From the NCBI GenBank assembly GCA_017484065.1, contig JAFUTX010000017.1, positions 430 to 64,429 on the forward strand: a DNA stretch of 64,000 nucleotides, read 5' to 3'. Positions 17,237 through 28,754 of the stretch are shown here, piece after piece. Source of the stretch: Bacilli bacterium (GTDB taxonomy: Bacteria > Bacillota_I > Bacilli_A > RF39 > UBA660). Positions within the stretch are counted from its first letter, which is position 1. Every line of letters begins with the position of its first letter. Under the pieces are notes generated by a model. The model was not told the DNA's origin. It did not search any database and worked only from the letters and a program-made list of their open reading frames with translations. The translations under genes and the position numbers were made by a program.

Positions 17237-18772
17237 ATGTATGTAAATAATAAGTTATTAGTTGGAAAAAATGATGACTTTGAAGCTTACTTACTACCTA
17301 AAATGGCCAACCGTCATGGAATAATTACAGGAGCTAGTGGTAGTGGTAAAACAGTAACTTTAAAAGTATTAGCAGAAAGTTTTTCAAATGCTGGCATTCC
17401 TGTTTTTTTAGTTGATGTTAAAGGTGACTTGGCCGGCATGAGCCTGCCTGGTGAAATGAATGAAAATATAGCCAAAAGAGTTGAAAAACTAAAATTAGAA
17501 AGCTTTGAAGTTAAGAGTTTTCCTACAAACTATTTTGATGTCTATGGCAAAAATGGAATACCTATTAGAACTACAGTTAAAGATCTTGGCCCAAGACTTT
17601 TATCAAGAATGCTAGATTTGTCAGATGCTCAAGAAGGAGTTCTAACAGTTGCATTTAAAATTGCAGAAGATATAAATAAAGAATTAATCGATTTAAATGA
17701 TTTAAGAAATCATTTAGTAGAAGTTGCTGATAAAAGAAAGGAATATTCTTTAACTTATGGAAATATCACTACTCAAAGTGTCGGGTCAATTCAAAGAAAT
17801 ATATTAGCATTACAAGAAGATGGCGGTGATGACTTCTTTGGCAAACCATCATTTAATATAAAAGACTTTATTCATTTTGATGAAAATAACGGTTATGGTT
17901 TTATTAATATTTTAGATGCAGTTACCCTATTTCGTAAACCTAATCTATATGTATCATTTCTTTTATGGTTACTAAATACAATTTACGATACCATGACTGA
18001 AGTTGGAGATTTAAATAAACCAAAACTAATTTTCTTCTTTGATGAAGCCCACTTATTATTTAATGAAATGCCTGAAGGTATAATTAAATCAGTAATTCAA
18101 ATAGTTAAACTTATTCGTTCAAAAGGCGTTGGCATCTACTTTATAAGCCAAACTCCTAGTGATATTCCTGATGAGATATTAAGTCAACTAGGAAATAGAA
18201 TTCAACATGTACTACGTTCTTATACTAGGAATGATGAAAAAGCTGTTAAAGCTGCTGCCAACTCATTTAGAGCTAATCCAAACTTTAATACAGAAGAAGT
18301 AATAAAGACATTAGCTACTGGTGAAGCTTTGGTATCTTTCCAAAATGAAATTGGTGAACCAACTATTACCGAAAAAGTTACTATATTACCTCCACAATCT
18401 AAAATGGGTACAATAGATGATTTAACAAGACAAGATTTTATAAAGAAAAGTCATCTTTATAGTAATTATGAAAAAAGAGAAGAAATTGTTAAACCTGTAG
18501 AAGAAAAGAAAGAAGTTTTATTTGAACATACCAAAGAAGTACAAGAAGAAAAAACAATGCTTGATATTGATACTCAACCACGTATTAAATTACAAACGCA
18601 AAAAGAAGAAGTTGAAGTAAAACAACAACCTGCATCCGAAACAAAAGTAAAAAAGCAAGTTGGTCGTCCAAAGAAAAGTGCTACAGAAAAATTTACTGAT
18701 AGAGTTATTTCAACTACTGGTAATGGCGTTGGCAAATTGATTGTCAAAGGATTAAAAAATTTATTTAAATAA
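17237..18772 (+). CDS. DUF853-family HerA-like P-loop NTPase
   Basis: Motifs ANRHGIITGASGSGKT and LIFFFDEAH, with a K/E-rich C-terminal tail. Confidence 0.75.
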   Translation: MYVNNKLLVGKNDDFEAYLLPKMANRHGIITGASGSGKTVTLKVLAESFSNAGIPVFLVDVKGDLAGMSLPGEMNENIAKRVEKLKLESFEVKSFPTNYFDVYGKNGIPIRTTVKDLGPRLLSRMLDLSDAQEGVLTVAFKIAEDINKELIDLNDLRNHLVEVADKRKEYSLTYGNITTQSVGSIQRNILALQEDGGDDFFGKPSFNIKDFIHFDENNGYGFINILDAVTLFRKPNLYVSFLLWLLNTIYDTMTEVGDLNKPKLIFFFDEAHLLFNEMPEGIIKSVIQIVKLIRSKGVGIYFISQTPSDIPDEILSQLGNRIQHVLRSYTRNDEKAVKAAANSFRANPNFNTEEVIKTLATGEALVSFQNEIGEPTITEKVTILPPQSKMGTIDDLTRQDFIKKSHLYSNYEKREEIVKPVEEKKEVLFEHTKEVQEEKTMLDIDTQPRIKLQTQKEEVEVKQQPASETKVKKQVGRPKKSATEKFTDRVISTTGNGVGKLIVKGLKNLFK

Positions 18773-18792
18773 TAAAAAAAATAATTAGCTTG

Positions 18793-21700
18793 CTAATTAT
18801 TTTTTAATGCAATGATTTTGCCATCCATAATAGAATAAAGATAAGCATTAATCTTTTTATTAGAAATACTTTCTATATATTCTTTATATCCATTAATCTG
18901 TTTTAAATAATTATCATCAACAATATTTTTTAATTTATAATCAATAATATCAATATGATCATCATATTCTAACATTAAATCGATTATACCATGGTGTTCT
19001 TCATTAATGCCCTCATAAACAAACTCATATTCTTGATAAACATTAGCATCTTTAATATTTTTAAATAATTCATTATTAAATAAATCATTTATCTTTTCTT
19101 TAATAAATTTATCCTCTATTAAATCTGGATTATAATTTTTAAAATCAAGCATTTCTAAAGTTTTATGAATTTTTAAACCAAGTTCAATGTTCTTACTAGT
19201 ACTTATATCAATTAATTCATTAATACTTTTAGAATAATGATTACTTTCTTTAGTTATGAATTCAATATTGAGTTCATTTACTTCCAAATTAGTATTAGTA
19301 CTACCTTTATACTCTTCTATCTTTTTTAAATATTTATAATCTTCTGTTATATTTAATTCATTCATATCAATTATACTAGTATAATCTTTTAAAGTATTTT
19401 TAATTGAATAAATAATATCTGCAAAAGAGCGATATTTTAGTCTTATATTATCATTAACTACAGTACTATTACTTAAATACTCTTTATCAGTATTAGGAAG
19501 AATTAGTATCATTTTTTCTTTAGCACGTGTAAGAGCTACATAGAATAATCTTATTTTTTCAGATATTTCTTCTAGAATATAGTTTTGTTTTAATAGTACT
19601 TTAAGAACGTTTTCTCTTTGTCCATCTTTATAGTAAGGTATAATAAAGCCATACTTATTATTAAATATAAACTTATCCTTAATATCGCTTATATTAAATG
19701 ATTTATATAGACCAGTATAGTAACAGATATGATATTCAAGTCCCTTACTTTTATGAATAGTCATTATTTTAACGCTATCACTACTATCAGATTTAACACT
19801 ATATTTCATATCGATATCTTTATCTACAATATGTTTAAAATATTCACATACTTCATTATATGAATACCCTAGTTCATCTAGATTACTAGCTATTTCTAAC
19901 ACTTTAGATAAGCGAACACTTCTAGCTTCAATATCTCCGATGAAAATCATTTTTTCATATATATTAGTACTTTCATAAATTAAATTAAATAACTCATAAT
20001 TAGTTAAACTATCTATTCTTTTAGCTATTTCATAAAAACATTTATATACTTCATTATCATAATAATTATGAGTATTAAACCAAGTAAATATGCAATTATC
20101 TTTAATATTAAATAGATAACTACGAGCTAAACTAGTTAAAGCATATTTAAATTCTGTATCTATAACTTTATTTTTTATCTTGCAAATAAGTACTAGTATA
20201 TTTTTTAATAAACTTAAATCTTCGCTATCTTTAAAAGATTCGTCTTTATATAAAGTTAAAGGAATACCAAAATATTCAAATACTTTTTTATAAGTATTAA
20301 AATCTTTAGTACGATCCATTAATATTACAAAATCATTATAAGTGATATCTCTCAAGTTACCAGCATCTTTATCAAATACCGGATAATGGTTACTTATTTT
20401 TTCTTTTATATCTTTAGCTACTGCAAATATTTCTATTTCTTCCTTATTAAATAGTATTTCTTTATCATAATTATAATATCTTATTTCAAAGTGATTATTC
20501 TCATTAGTACTTCCCTTTTCAATATATGATGAATTACCAAACACCATTTGATGAGTAGCTAAGTAGTCTGCTCCACCAATAAAATCATCCATTACTTTTG
20601 TAAATAAAAGATTAATATCTTCTAAGACTTCTTTTCTTGAACGAAAATTCTTTACTAAATCAATTTTATATCCGCCATTATTATTACTGTAATTGTCATA
20701 TTTAGATTTAAAAAGATAAGGATTTGCATTACGAAATCGATAAATAGATTGTTTTATATCCCCGACCATGTAAACGTTATTATTACTTATTAGATTAATA
20801 AATGTTTCTTGGATATCATTAGTATCTTGATATTCATCTATCATTATTTCTTTATATTTGTTTTTTAATTCGTCTTTAATAAAGGTATTATCTTTAACTA
20901 TTTTAATAGCCATTAAAGCTATATCTTGAAAATCAAATAATTCTTGTTCTAGTTTTATTTTATTATACTTTTTATTAAAACGATTAATAATATCTACTAT
21001 TACTTTTACATTATTCTTTGTAGATGCTATATTAGCAATTATTTCATCTAAAGAGCCATACTTACATACTATTTTTAATTCCTTTATCAAGTTGCTAATA
21101 ACTTCTTTAGCTTCTTTAACCTCATCAGTTGTTTTACTAAGTCTTGGTAATGTAACAATATTTACTCCCCTTATAACATCATCAGTTGATTCATAATTTA
21201 TGATGCCAGATATCGCCTCTAACATTTTATTATATTCATCATTAGTAGCTACTAAACCATAATTATTTAAAGCATCCTTAATCTCGGATATTTTTAATTC
21301 AATTATTTTAGAATATTCTTTAATAATATTTTCATAATTTTCTTTTTTATAATAACTATCTATATAATCATCTAAATATTTTTGATAATCTCCAATTCGT
21401 TCTAAATTAAATATAAAACTAGTAATAGCGTTCCTAATATCTAAGTCATCTTTATTGCAAAATTCATTAATAAACCTAATAAATTCACTATCATTTTCAT
21501 TGTAGTATTCTTCCATTACTTCATCTAAGATTTCTTCTTTTTTTATATTAATGATAGTATTATCAACTATTTTAATATTTTTACTAATCTTTAGCATATA
21601 ATGATATTTTTTTACGATACTTAAAGCAAATGAATCAAATGTAGTTATATAAGAGGTATCTATTTTATCAAGTTCATCTTTTAGTTCTGGAACTTTTTTT

Positions 21701-21912
21701 ATTGACTTTCTAATTCTTTCTTTCATTTCCCTAGCCGCAGCATTAGTAAATGTCAGAATTAATAGTTCATCAATATGTATACCTTGTTTTAATTTTTCAA
21801 TAACTCTTGTCGATAGTACAGCAGTTTTCCCAGAACCTGCTCCAGCACTTACAATTATATTGGTACCACTTTTTTCAATTGCTTCTAATTGTTCTTTAGT
21901 CCAAGTTGGCAT
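18793..21912 (-). CDS. addA: ATP-dependent helicase/nuclease AddA
   Basis: UvrD-type motifs AGAGSGKT and DEYQDTN. A C-terminal RecB-type nuclease is present (GIIDLM..IIDYKLK). The likely start is ATG at 21912. Confidence 0.85.
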   Translation of the reverse strand: MPTWTKEQLEAIEKSGTNIIVSAGAGSGKTAVLSTRVIEKLKQGIHIDELLILTFTNAAAREMKERIRKSIKKVPELKDELDKIDTSYITTFDSFALSIVKKYHYMLKISKNIKIVDNTIINIKKEEILDEVMEEYYNENDSEFIRFINEFCNKDDLDIRNAITSFIFNLERIGDYQKYLDDYIDSYYKKENYENIIKEYSKIIELKISEIKDALNNYGLVATNDEYNKMLEAISGIINYESTDDVIRGVNIVTLPRLSKTTDEVKEAKEVISNLIKELKIVCKYGSLDEIIANIASTKNNVKVIVDIINRFNKKYNKIKLEQELFDFQDIALMAIKIVKDNTFIKDELKNKYKEIMIDEYQDTNDIQETFINLISNNNVYMVGDIKQSIYRFRNANPYLFKSKYDNYSNNNGGYKIDLVKNFRSRKEVLEDINLLFTKVMDDFIGGADYLATHQMVFGNSSYIEKGSTNENNHFEIRYYNYDKEILFNKEEIEIFAVAKDIKEKISNHYPVFDKDAGNLRDITYNDFVILMDRTKDFNTYKKVFEYFGIPLTLYKDESFKDSEDLSLLKNILVLICKIKNKVIDTEFKYALTSLARSYLFNIKDNCIFTWFNTHNYYDNEVYKCFYEIAKRIDSLTNYELFNLIYESTNIYEKMIFIGDIEARSVRLSKVLEIASNLDELGYSYNEVCEYFKHIVDKDIDMKYSVKSDSSDSVKIMTIHKSKGLEYHICYYTGLYKSFNISDIKDKFIFNNKYGFIIPYYKDGQRENVLKVLLKQNYILEEISEKIRLFYVALTRAKEKMILILPNTDKEYLSNSTVVNDNIRLKYRSFADIIYSIKNTLKDYTSIIDMNELNITEDYKYLKKIEEYKGSTNTNLEVNELNIEFITKESNHYSKSINELIDISTSKNIELGLKIHKTLEMLDFKNYNPDLIEDKFIKEKINDLFNNELFKNIKDANVYQEYEFVYEGINEEHHGIIDLMLEYDDHIDIIDYKLKNIVDDNYLKQINGYKEYIESISNKKINAYLYSIMDGKIIALKNN

Positions 21913-24226
21913 ATTCATCACCACCTAAAAAATCTAAGTTCTTATATTCTTTTAATAAAACTAAATCTTTTTCTTTCATAAAACAAATATCTTTAAACTT
22001 GCAATACTTACATCCTTCATTATTAATGCCTATTTTTTTAGGATTAATATCAAACTTACCATTTAATATTTTATTAAAACTATCTATAACGTTATCTTCA
22101 ATTAATTTAGTTAATTTATTAATAGTTAAATCATCAATTACTTTACTATATTGGTAAAAACCTTTACTACTTTGTTTTAATCCTTTGATTATCTTGCTAT
22201 CATTATAGTTACTATCTAACTTTTTTAATACTTCAATATCACTATTACTGTAACCATATAGTTTTAAATTATTTTTCTTCTTAGTATCAATAACCTCGTT
22301 ACTATCAAGTAATCCATCATTATTTAATATTTTTTGTAAATAGAATCCTGCTATATGATAATCTTTAAATTTAGGATGATGTTTAACTAGATAAAGATAT
22401 ATAGGAAGTTGCATACCTATTCCATATTTAGAATTATATAGATTTATATCTGGATTACCAGTTTTATAATCAATAATAGCTAGAGAATCACCATCATATT
22501 TTATTTTATCTATAATACCAGTAAATGTATTATTACCATATAAAACATCTATTTTTTCTTCATATAAACTGCTCTTATAACTTGTATAAATATCTTGTTC
22601 TTTTATAGTTTTAATCACAAATTTTAGTTCTTCTTTTAACTTTTTTAAAAAGAAATTTTCTTTATTAGTTAGTTCTCTATTTAATATAGCATTATTCCAA
22701 CAAGTATCAAAATCAAAATCATCATTAAAAGATTTTTGTAAAATATCATGATATACATTACCAATAAATATCATAAATGTTTCTTCAAAATAATTTAAAT
22801 GTAATACATTATTTAAATAGTATCTAAAATTACATCTATTATAATTATCTAAACTAGAATACGATAAAGTTAATCTATTATTTAGGTATTCTTTTAACAT
22901 ACTATTATCAATATTAGTATAGTTATTATCATATTTAAGATACTGGTTATTCTTATAATTATTAGCTAATACACTCATGTTTGTATTAATAGTTCCATAT
23001 TTGTAATACTCATCATACATTTTAGCAAGTTCTATATTATTATAAAGATTACTATTATTATAGTTATTGTTATCTACATCTATTATTTCATAATTTAATA
23101 TATCATTTATATTACTTATATAAACTTCTCCTCTGTCATCATATTCTTTATAAGTAATATATAAGTTTTTAATTGATTTAATTAATCTACTATATTTATT
23201 TATATTATTTTTCTTTATTTCTTCACTAGTAAATAACCCTAATTTTTCTTTTTCATAATCATTAAAATAGTCTTCATCTTTTTTTATTTTAGGTAGTTCG
23301 TTTTGATTAAAACCTAATAAAAATACATATTTATTAACATCTACTATTTCAGATATATCTATTTCATTAATAGCATTAGTATATTTAATACTTTCTTTTT
23401 TAGAATTCTTTAACTCATCAATAACTAAGTCTTTAACTAATAAATAATCTTTACACCAGACATATTTATTATATATATTTACTATGTGATTATATATTTT
23501 CTCAGTATCTTTATCATTAATTATTTCTTTTATTTTATTTAATGTATTAACTATATTAGATTCATATTCTTTTATAAAGGTTTGAACAATCTTTGTGCTA
23601 TAAATACTTACATTATCATTTAAATTAATTGGTAAATTAAATATATAAGAGTATTTTTTAAAAAGATTACGATAACTACTATTTAAGTTAGATATATAAA
23701 TATCATTAATACTAATACCATCTTTTATTAATGATACTATTTTATTGATACAAAATATAACTTCTTCTTCACTCGTCTTGCATTTATATATACTATTACT
23801 ATATACATTAGTATTATTTTCATAATATTCAATATCAGTTATTTCTTTTAATTTATTAATTATATTCATTTCAAATCTACTATATTCTCTATTATCTAAA
23901 ACAATCTTATACTGTTTTAAACTATTTATAAATAATTTATTCTTTATTAATAAATTATTTTTCTCTAATTCATTTTTGATATTAAATAAAAAATCTATTT
24001 TATCATCAGTATAATATTCATTAAGATAAATTAAATTATTCAAGTATATTCTAGCTATATCAACATTCATATTATATTTATTAACTAAATAATAAATAGT
24101 TTTTTCGTCATAAGTAAAATACAATTCTTTTAATAGCTCATTAAAAGTAATATATTTAATATTTATTAATTCATTTTTCTTTAAATATTTATTTTTATTA
24201 TCTGTTATAAATAATGTTTTAATCAT
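21896..24226 (-). CDS. addB: AddB-type subunit (short, no Walker A) with an Fe-S/nuclease C-terminus
   Basis: Nuclease motif IIDYKTG. Four cysteines are present (C in YNRCNFRYY plus CKYCKFKDIC). It overlaps the addA start. No GxGKT motif was seen. Confidence 0.75.
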   Translation of the reverse strand: MIKTLFITDNKNKYLKKNELINIKYITFNELLKELYFTYDEKTIYYLVNKYNMNVDIARIYLNNLIYLNEYYTDDKIDFLFNIKNELEKNNLLIKNKLFINSLKQYKIVLDNREYSRFEMNIINKLKEITDIEYYENNTNVYSNSIYKCKTSEEEVIFCINKIVSLIKDGISINDIYISNLNSSYRNLFKKYSYIFNLPINLNDNVSIYSTKIVQTFIKEYESNIVNTLNKIKEIINDKDTEKIYNHIVNIYNKYVWCKDYLLVKDLVIDELKNSKKESIKYTNAINEIDISEIVDVNKYVFLLGFNQNELPKIKKDEDYFNDYEKEKLGLFTSEEIKKNNINKYSRLIKSIKNLYITYKEYDDRGEVYISNINDILNYEIIDVDNNNYNNSNLYNNIELAKMYDEYYKYGTINTNMSVLANNYKNNQYLKYDNNYTNIDNSMLKEYLNNRLTLSYSSLDNYNRCNFRYYLNNVLHLNYFEETFMIFIGNVYHDILQKSFNDDFDFDTCWNNAILNRELTNKENFFLKKLKEELKFVIKTIKEQDIYTSYKSSLYEEKIDVLYGNNTFTGIIDKIKYDGDSLAIIDYKTGNPDINLYNSKYGIGMQLPIYLYLVKHHPKFKDYHIAGFYLQKILNNDGLLDSNEVIDTKKKNNLKLYGYSNSDIEVLKKLDSNYNDSKIIKGLKQSSKGFYQYSKVIDDLTINKLTKLIEDNVIDSFNKILNGKFDINPKKIGINNEGCKYCKFKDICFMKEKDLVLLKEYKNLDFLGGDEYANLD

Positions 24227-24284
24227 TATTACCACCTTTATATATTGTACTAATTTTTTAGAAAGAAAAAAAGCCCTAAAGGAC

Positions 24285-27200
24285 TTATTTCCATGCTGGA
24301 CCTACTCCATCAGCAACAATACATTTCTTACTAGTACATTCATCTGATTGTAACCAAGTTTTAAATAGTTTACTAATATCTCTATTACTACTTCCTAATA
24401 AACCATCTAAATAACTACTAGTACAAACAACATTTTTATACTTGATAACTGTCTTATCATTTTTATATTGATTAGTAGTATCTATTATATATTGTACATC
24501 ATTATCAGATTGTATACCAACAATATCATAACATGATAATGTATCATTAGTATATCCATTTTTATTATTATCTTCCCTAATTTGTCTTATTATACTCGGA
24601 GTTAATTCAAACTTATATTCAGCTTCTGCTTGGTATGTAGCTTCCTCACTCTTTTTCATTGAATTATATTTATCAGTTTCATAATAAGATGAAAAACCTT
24701 GTTTTGGATTAGGATCAGGATTATCTAAAGATACTTGTTTAAAATTAACATTTAAGTTTACATCAGATGTAGAGCAATTATTACCAAAACATTCTGTAGT
24801 ACAGAATAATGAATCACATCCACCATTATCATCATCCGTTGAACCTGTTTTTCCTCCTGTGCTACCAATATCACATTTATCGTTTTTATAGTTTTGCTCA
24901 CAACAAGTATTCTTATTACTATCTATTTTTAATTTATCACTACAACACTTAGTACCTTTGCCATCAACTACATAACTTTCAGTAGGACAATTACTAAAAT
25001 CACATGCTCTCATTTCACCAGATGCCACTTTATCTTGGCAACATTCTCTATTACAACATTCACCTTCTGAAGCATCTATCGTAGTTAAACACTTATTACA
25101 TTGCCCAGAACTAGTATCAAAATCTTCTAGACTACAATTACTCTTGTATTCATCTTCTGTTGTTTCATAATAATATGATGAAATTCCCCAAGAGCGATAA
25201 TATCTGCCATTAATTAAATAATAATTATACTTTGAATATGTACTTTGATTACAACATTTTAGTTCTTCTTTGGCTACATCTTCACATTCATTTAATAAGC
25301 TATTATATTTTTCTTTACAACAATAAACGCCATATCTATCTTTAGTATTACAATCATCATCAGTAGTACCAGAATCCGTACATTTAAAGTGGTTGGCATA
25401 ATATTTTTCAATACAACATGATTTACCACTAGAATCAGTTACACTTCTACTACATGGGCCATTATCTGTTGATCCTCCACCGCTAGGATAGTTACCACCA
25501 TTACCACCACCACTATTATTACCAATATTATAAGTACAAGCATAAACATATGGAGCATTATCTAATAGTGATTTACTGTGTTCATTTTCAGTTCCTATTA
25601 ATCTACCAGTATTACCTGTATCATAGAACTCTCCTAAGTTTTCTATAAATATTTTTATATCATACGTTCCATTAGGAGTAGAAGATGATATAGGAAGTCC
25701 ATTGGTAAATATTTCATAATTTTCATCATCTAAAGTACCATTATAAGCTTTTATTTTTCCTATATTATTAATATCAGTACCTAAATATACTTGATATTGT
25801 TGTTTTGGTTTATATTGAATTTCTTTCGTTATAGTAGCTTTAATATAATTATTTGTTGGTATTCTTACTTCTTTAGCTAAATCACTAAAGAATTGATTAC
25901 AATTGCTACAACTAGAAGAATTAATACTACTTAAATCATATAAACTATAGCGAATACTATCAGCATTTTCTCTTTCTTCTGATGGATATTCGGTTGGATA
26001 ATTAGAACAATTATTAAATTTTGATTCTATTTTAGACTCTATAGTAATATTTCCAACCGGAGCACTACATTCCCATAGTTTTACTAATTTGTCTTTATTT
26101 AATGATGGTTCTAGAATACCTACACTTTCACCTGCTATTTTTTTATTTAACAAATCTATATAACTTTCATCATAAGTATAGTACGCATTTGGTTCTTTTA
26201 AATCTAAATTATCATACCATCCCGAACAATTATTTATTTGTTCAATAATCGATTTTAATTTATTTTGATAATACCAGACATTAGCTTTAGCACTATCAAC
26301 ATCGCTTTTTAATGTATTTGGATTGTAATCACCTACATAATAAGCAGGGCTGTAAGTGGTAATATATCTAGTTTCAAAAGTATTAGTAGTATTTTGACAA
26401 TTAACAGTTTTATTTATTGAATCATATGTACAATTATCATAATTTATTGTTTTAGAACATACTTCACCTTGATTTATTCCATTAACTATATCATCGTCAC
26501 ATCCACCATTATTTGTATTATATAAATTGTAGTATTTACTATAATTTGTATATGCATTAACTAAATAAGTTAAAGTCTGATTTATATCACTAATCATATT
26601 ATTACTATTAGACTTTTCATAGCAAGTTTTAGTACCGGTCAAATTTAACAAATATTTATCTTTATAAATAGATTTATATGAGCCACCCGACTCAGTTCTA
26701 TTAGTTTGAGCTGAGCTCCATGAAGACAATCCATATCTAAATGTATAATCTTCTTTACAATAAACAGTACAATAGTTATTATTTTTAAAACCATCTAGTA
26801 TATAAGAATTTCCTTTTTCATCCACTGCTTTATCCTTATCTTTTCCAAAGAAACAAGCATACGTATTAGTTGGTCCAGTAATCCCTGCATTATAAGAATA
26901 ATTATCACAATTATCTGCTAAACTGCTTTTTGTTTCACATGAGCCACAATAATTACTGTAATTTGAATATGGTGAACTATCTCGTGTTTCATCATAGTAC
27001 TTGTCTTTATATGCATTACAACAACCATTAGCAAAATAAGTAGGTTCATCTACTACATCACCATTAAATGTATATTGTTTAAATCCATTTGAATCAAGTA
27101 TTGTACAATCATTAGCTATTTTAGGTAGCGAAAATTCAAAATAAATATTATTTTTACTGTCAAAAGAATTTTCAAAAAATCCGATTAATCTTGCAGAAGA

Positions 27201-28754
27201 TGTATTTACTTTATCAGTAGCAATGCCACTTGCTTGATTTAATACTATCATTCGATCAAAATTTTTCTTAAATTTGTATGGAATAGCCAACTTCACTGAG
27301 AAATTTTGACCGGCAATATTTCTAAAGTCACCTTCCACAGTATAGGTTATTTTAAATCCATCTTTAGTTTCGTCTATTTGTTCTGTACCATCTCCATTAT
27401 ACTTAATATTACCATTTTTATCATATTTATATACTTTATCCATTTTTTCAGATTTCATTGAACAATTACCATAAGGAACGATGCACTCACTTAAATGGTC
27501 ATTATTAAAGTCATTTCTATCTAACTCAGTTGTATCCTTATCATAAATAACAATCATCGTAGTTGATAGTCTTAAATTTTTAGCTTGAGTATTTGTAATA
27601 ACATAATCACCATTTTCATCAACAGTCGGTTTATTAATCTTAGTATATTCAGTAGCAATTGGTTCTTTTTGCTCAAATGTCCAAACTCCAGCATATTGTC
27701 TAGTTGTTTTATAATTTTCGTCTATTAAATATGCTTTAATAGTATCAGTATCTTTGTAATTTTCTTCGTTATCAGCATATTTATGGGCTTTTTCAAACAT
27801 TTTAAAAGCTTCAGTTAAATAATCATATGTATCAGGAAGATAATGTTCTTCATCTACTAATGAATTGTAATTACAAAACACCCATCCATCTTTTTTACAA
27901 TCAAAATTTGGTTGTTTATGATTTTCTTGTTTATAATTTCCATAATCTTTTATAAATTTTACAAATGCATCATGTCTTTCACGATAACCTATAGCATTAG
28001 ATTGATTACATGATTGACTACCACATTCAAAATATACTTGGTCATCTTGAGCCATATCATAATAATATGCTAAAAATTTAACTACAAATTCAGCTACAAT
28101 TGGATTATTAGTTAATAATATATTATGATAATTAAATAATTCATTACGAGTTGTTCCATCTTCTAATTTATCCCTTAGATTTAATTCATTCCATTTATTA
28201 TTTAGATAATATAATGCCATGTCAAATCGATTAGTATTTTTTGAAAACTCTAAATTAGTTGGATCTATTTCTCTTGTACACCACCAAGTATCAATATCTA
28301 ACATATCCTTAGCTGGATCTATATTATACCCATAAACTTTTGGTTCATTAATAGTGCCTATTCTATCAGTATATTTCAATATATAATAAGAATCAGCATA
28401 TAGCGGATGATTTATTTCATAATTAGTCTGAACACCATTTACAACTTTGCCGTAATTACCAGATATTTTTTTAGCATTATATTGTAAAATATTAGAGTGA
28501 TAGTATTTTACAATCGTATTTAACTTTTGTTGTTTTTCACTGCTAAGTTCTGCTTTAAGTGAAGCATCAGTAGCATTTTTAATTTGATTATCGTAATCTT
28601 TTTCATAATACTCATCAAAACTGTGCAAATCTCCTAAAAGATCATTCGTCATACGAAATTCACTTGGGAAATCAGGGCATACACTTTCAGCATGAGTTAT
28701 ACTAGGAAACAATAGCAACAATAAAAAACATATAATTCTATTTCTTTTTAACAT
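24285..28754 (-). CDS. Giant secreted, extremely cysteine-rich protein (1489 aa), unknown family
   Basis: The signal peptide is MLKRNRIICFLLLLLFPSITHA. There are dozens of cysteines, including at least 8 CC doublets (CCNAY, CCIEK, CCKEK, CCNQS, CCNRECCQD, CCSDK, CCEQN). No sorting signal or TM is visible at the C-terminus. Confidence 0.7.
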   Translation of the reverse strand: MLKRNRIICFLLLLLFPSITHAESVCPDFPSEFRMTNDLLGDLHSFDEYYEKDYDNQIKNATDASLKAELSSEKQQKLNTIVKYYHSNILQYNAKKISGNYGKVVNGVQTNYEINHPLYADSYYILKYTDRIGTINEPKVYGYNIDPAKDMLDIDTWWCTREIDPTNLEFSKNTNRFDMALYYLNNKWNELNLRDKLEDGTTRNELFNYHNILLTNNPIVAEFVVKFLAYYYDMAQDDQVYFECGSQSCNQSNAIGYRERHDAFVKFIKDYGNYKQENHKQPNFDCKKDGWVFCNYNSLVDEEHYLPDTYDYLTEAFKMFEKAHKYADNEENYKDTDTIKAYLIDENYKTTRQYAGVWTFEQKEPIATEYTKINKPTVDENGDYVITNTQAKNLRLSTTMIVIYDKDTTELDRNDFNNDHLSECIVPYGNCSMKSEKMDKVYKYDKNGNIKYNGDGTEQIDETKDGFKITYTVEGDFRNIAGQNFSVKLAIPYKFKKNFDRMIVLNQASGIATDKVNTSSARLIGFFENSFDSKNNIYFEFSLPKIANDCTILDSNGFKQYTFNGDVVDEPTYFANGCCNAYKDKYYDETRDSSPYSNYSNYCGSCETKSSLADNCDNYSYNAGITGPTNTYACFFGKDKDKAVDEKGNSYILDGFKNNNYCTVYCKEDYTFRYGLSSWSSAQTNRTESGGSYKSIYKDKYLLNLTGTKTCYEKSNSNNMISDINQTLTYLVNAYTNYSKYYNLYNTNNGGCDDDIVNGINQGEVCSKTINYDNCTYDSINKTVNCQNTTNTFETRYITTYSPAYYVGDYNPNTLKSDVDSAKANVWYYQNKLKSIIEQINNCSGWYDNLDLKEPNAYYTYDESYIDLLNKKIAGESVGILEPSLNKDKLVKLWECSAPVGNITIESKIESKFNNCSNYPTEYPSEERENADSIRYSLYDLSSINSSSCSNCNQFFSDLAKEVRIPTNNYIKATITKEIQYKPKQQYQVYLGTDINNIGKIKAYNGTLDDENYEIFTNGLPISSSTPNGTYDIKIFIENLGEFYDTGNTGRLIGTENEHSKSLLDNAPYVYACTYNIGNNSGGGNGGNYPSGGGSTDNGPCSRSVTDSSGKSCCIEKYYANHFKCTDSGTTDDDCNTKDRYGVYCCKEKYNSLLNECEDVAKEELKCCNQSTYSKYNYYLINGRYYRSWGISSYYYETTEDEYKSNCSLEDFDTSSGQCNKCLTTIDASEGECCNRECCQDKVASGEMRACDFSNCPTESYVVDGKGTKCCSDKLKIDSNKNTCCEQNYKNDKCDIGSTGGKTGSTDDDNGGCDSLFCTTECFGNNCSTSDVNLNVNFKQVSLDNPDPNPKQGFSSYYETDKYNSMKKSEEATYQAEAEYKFELTPSIIRQIREDNNKNGYTNDTLSCYDIVGIQSDNDVQYIIDTTNQYKNDKTVIKYKNVVCTSSYLDGLLGSSNRDISKLFKTWLQSDECTSKKCIVADGVGPAWK

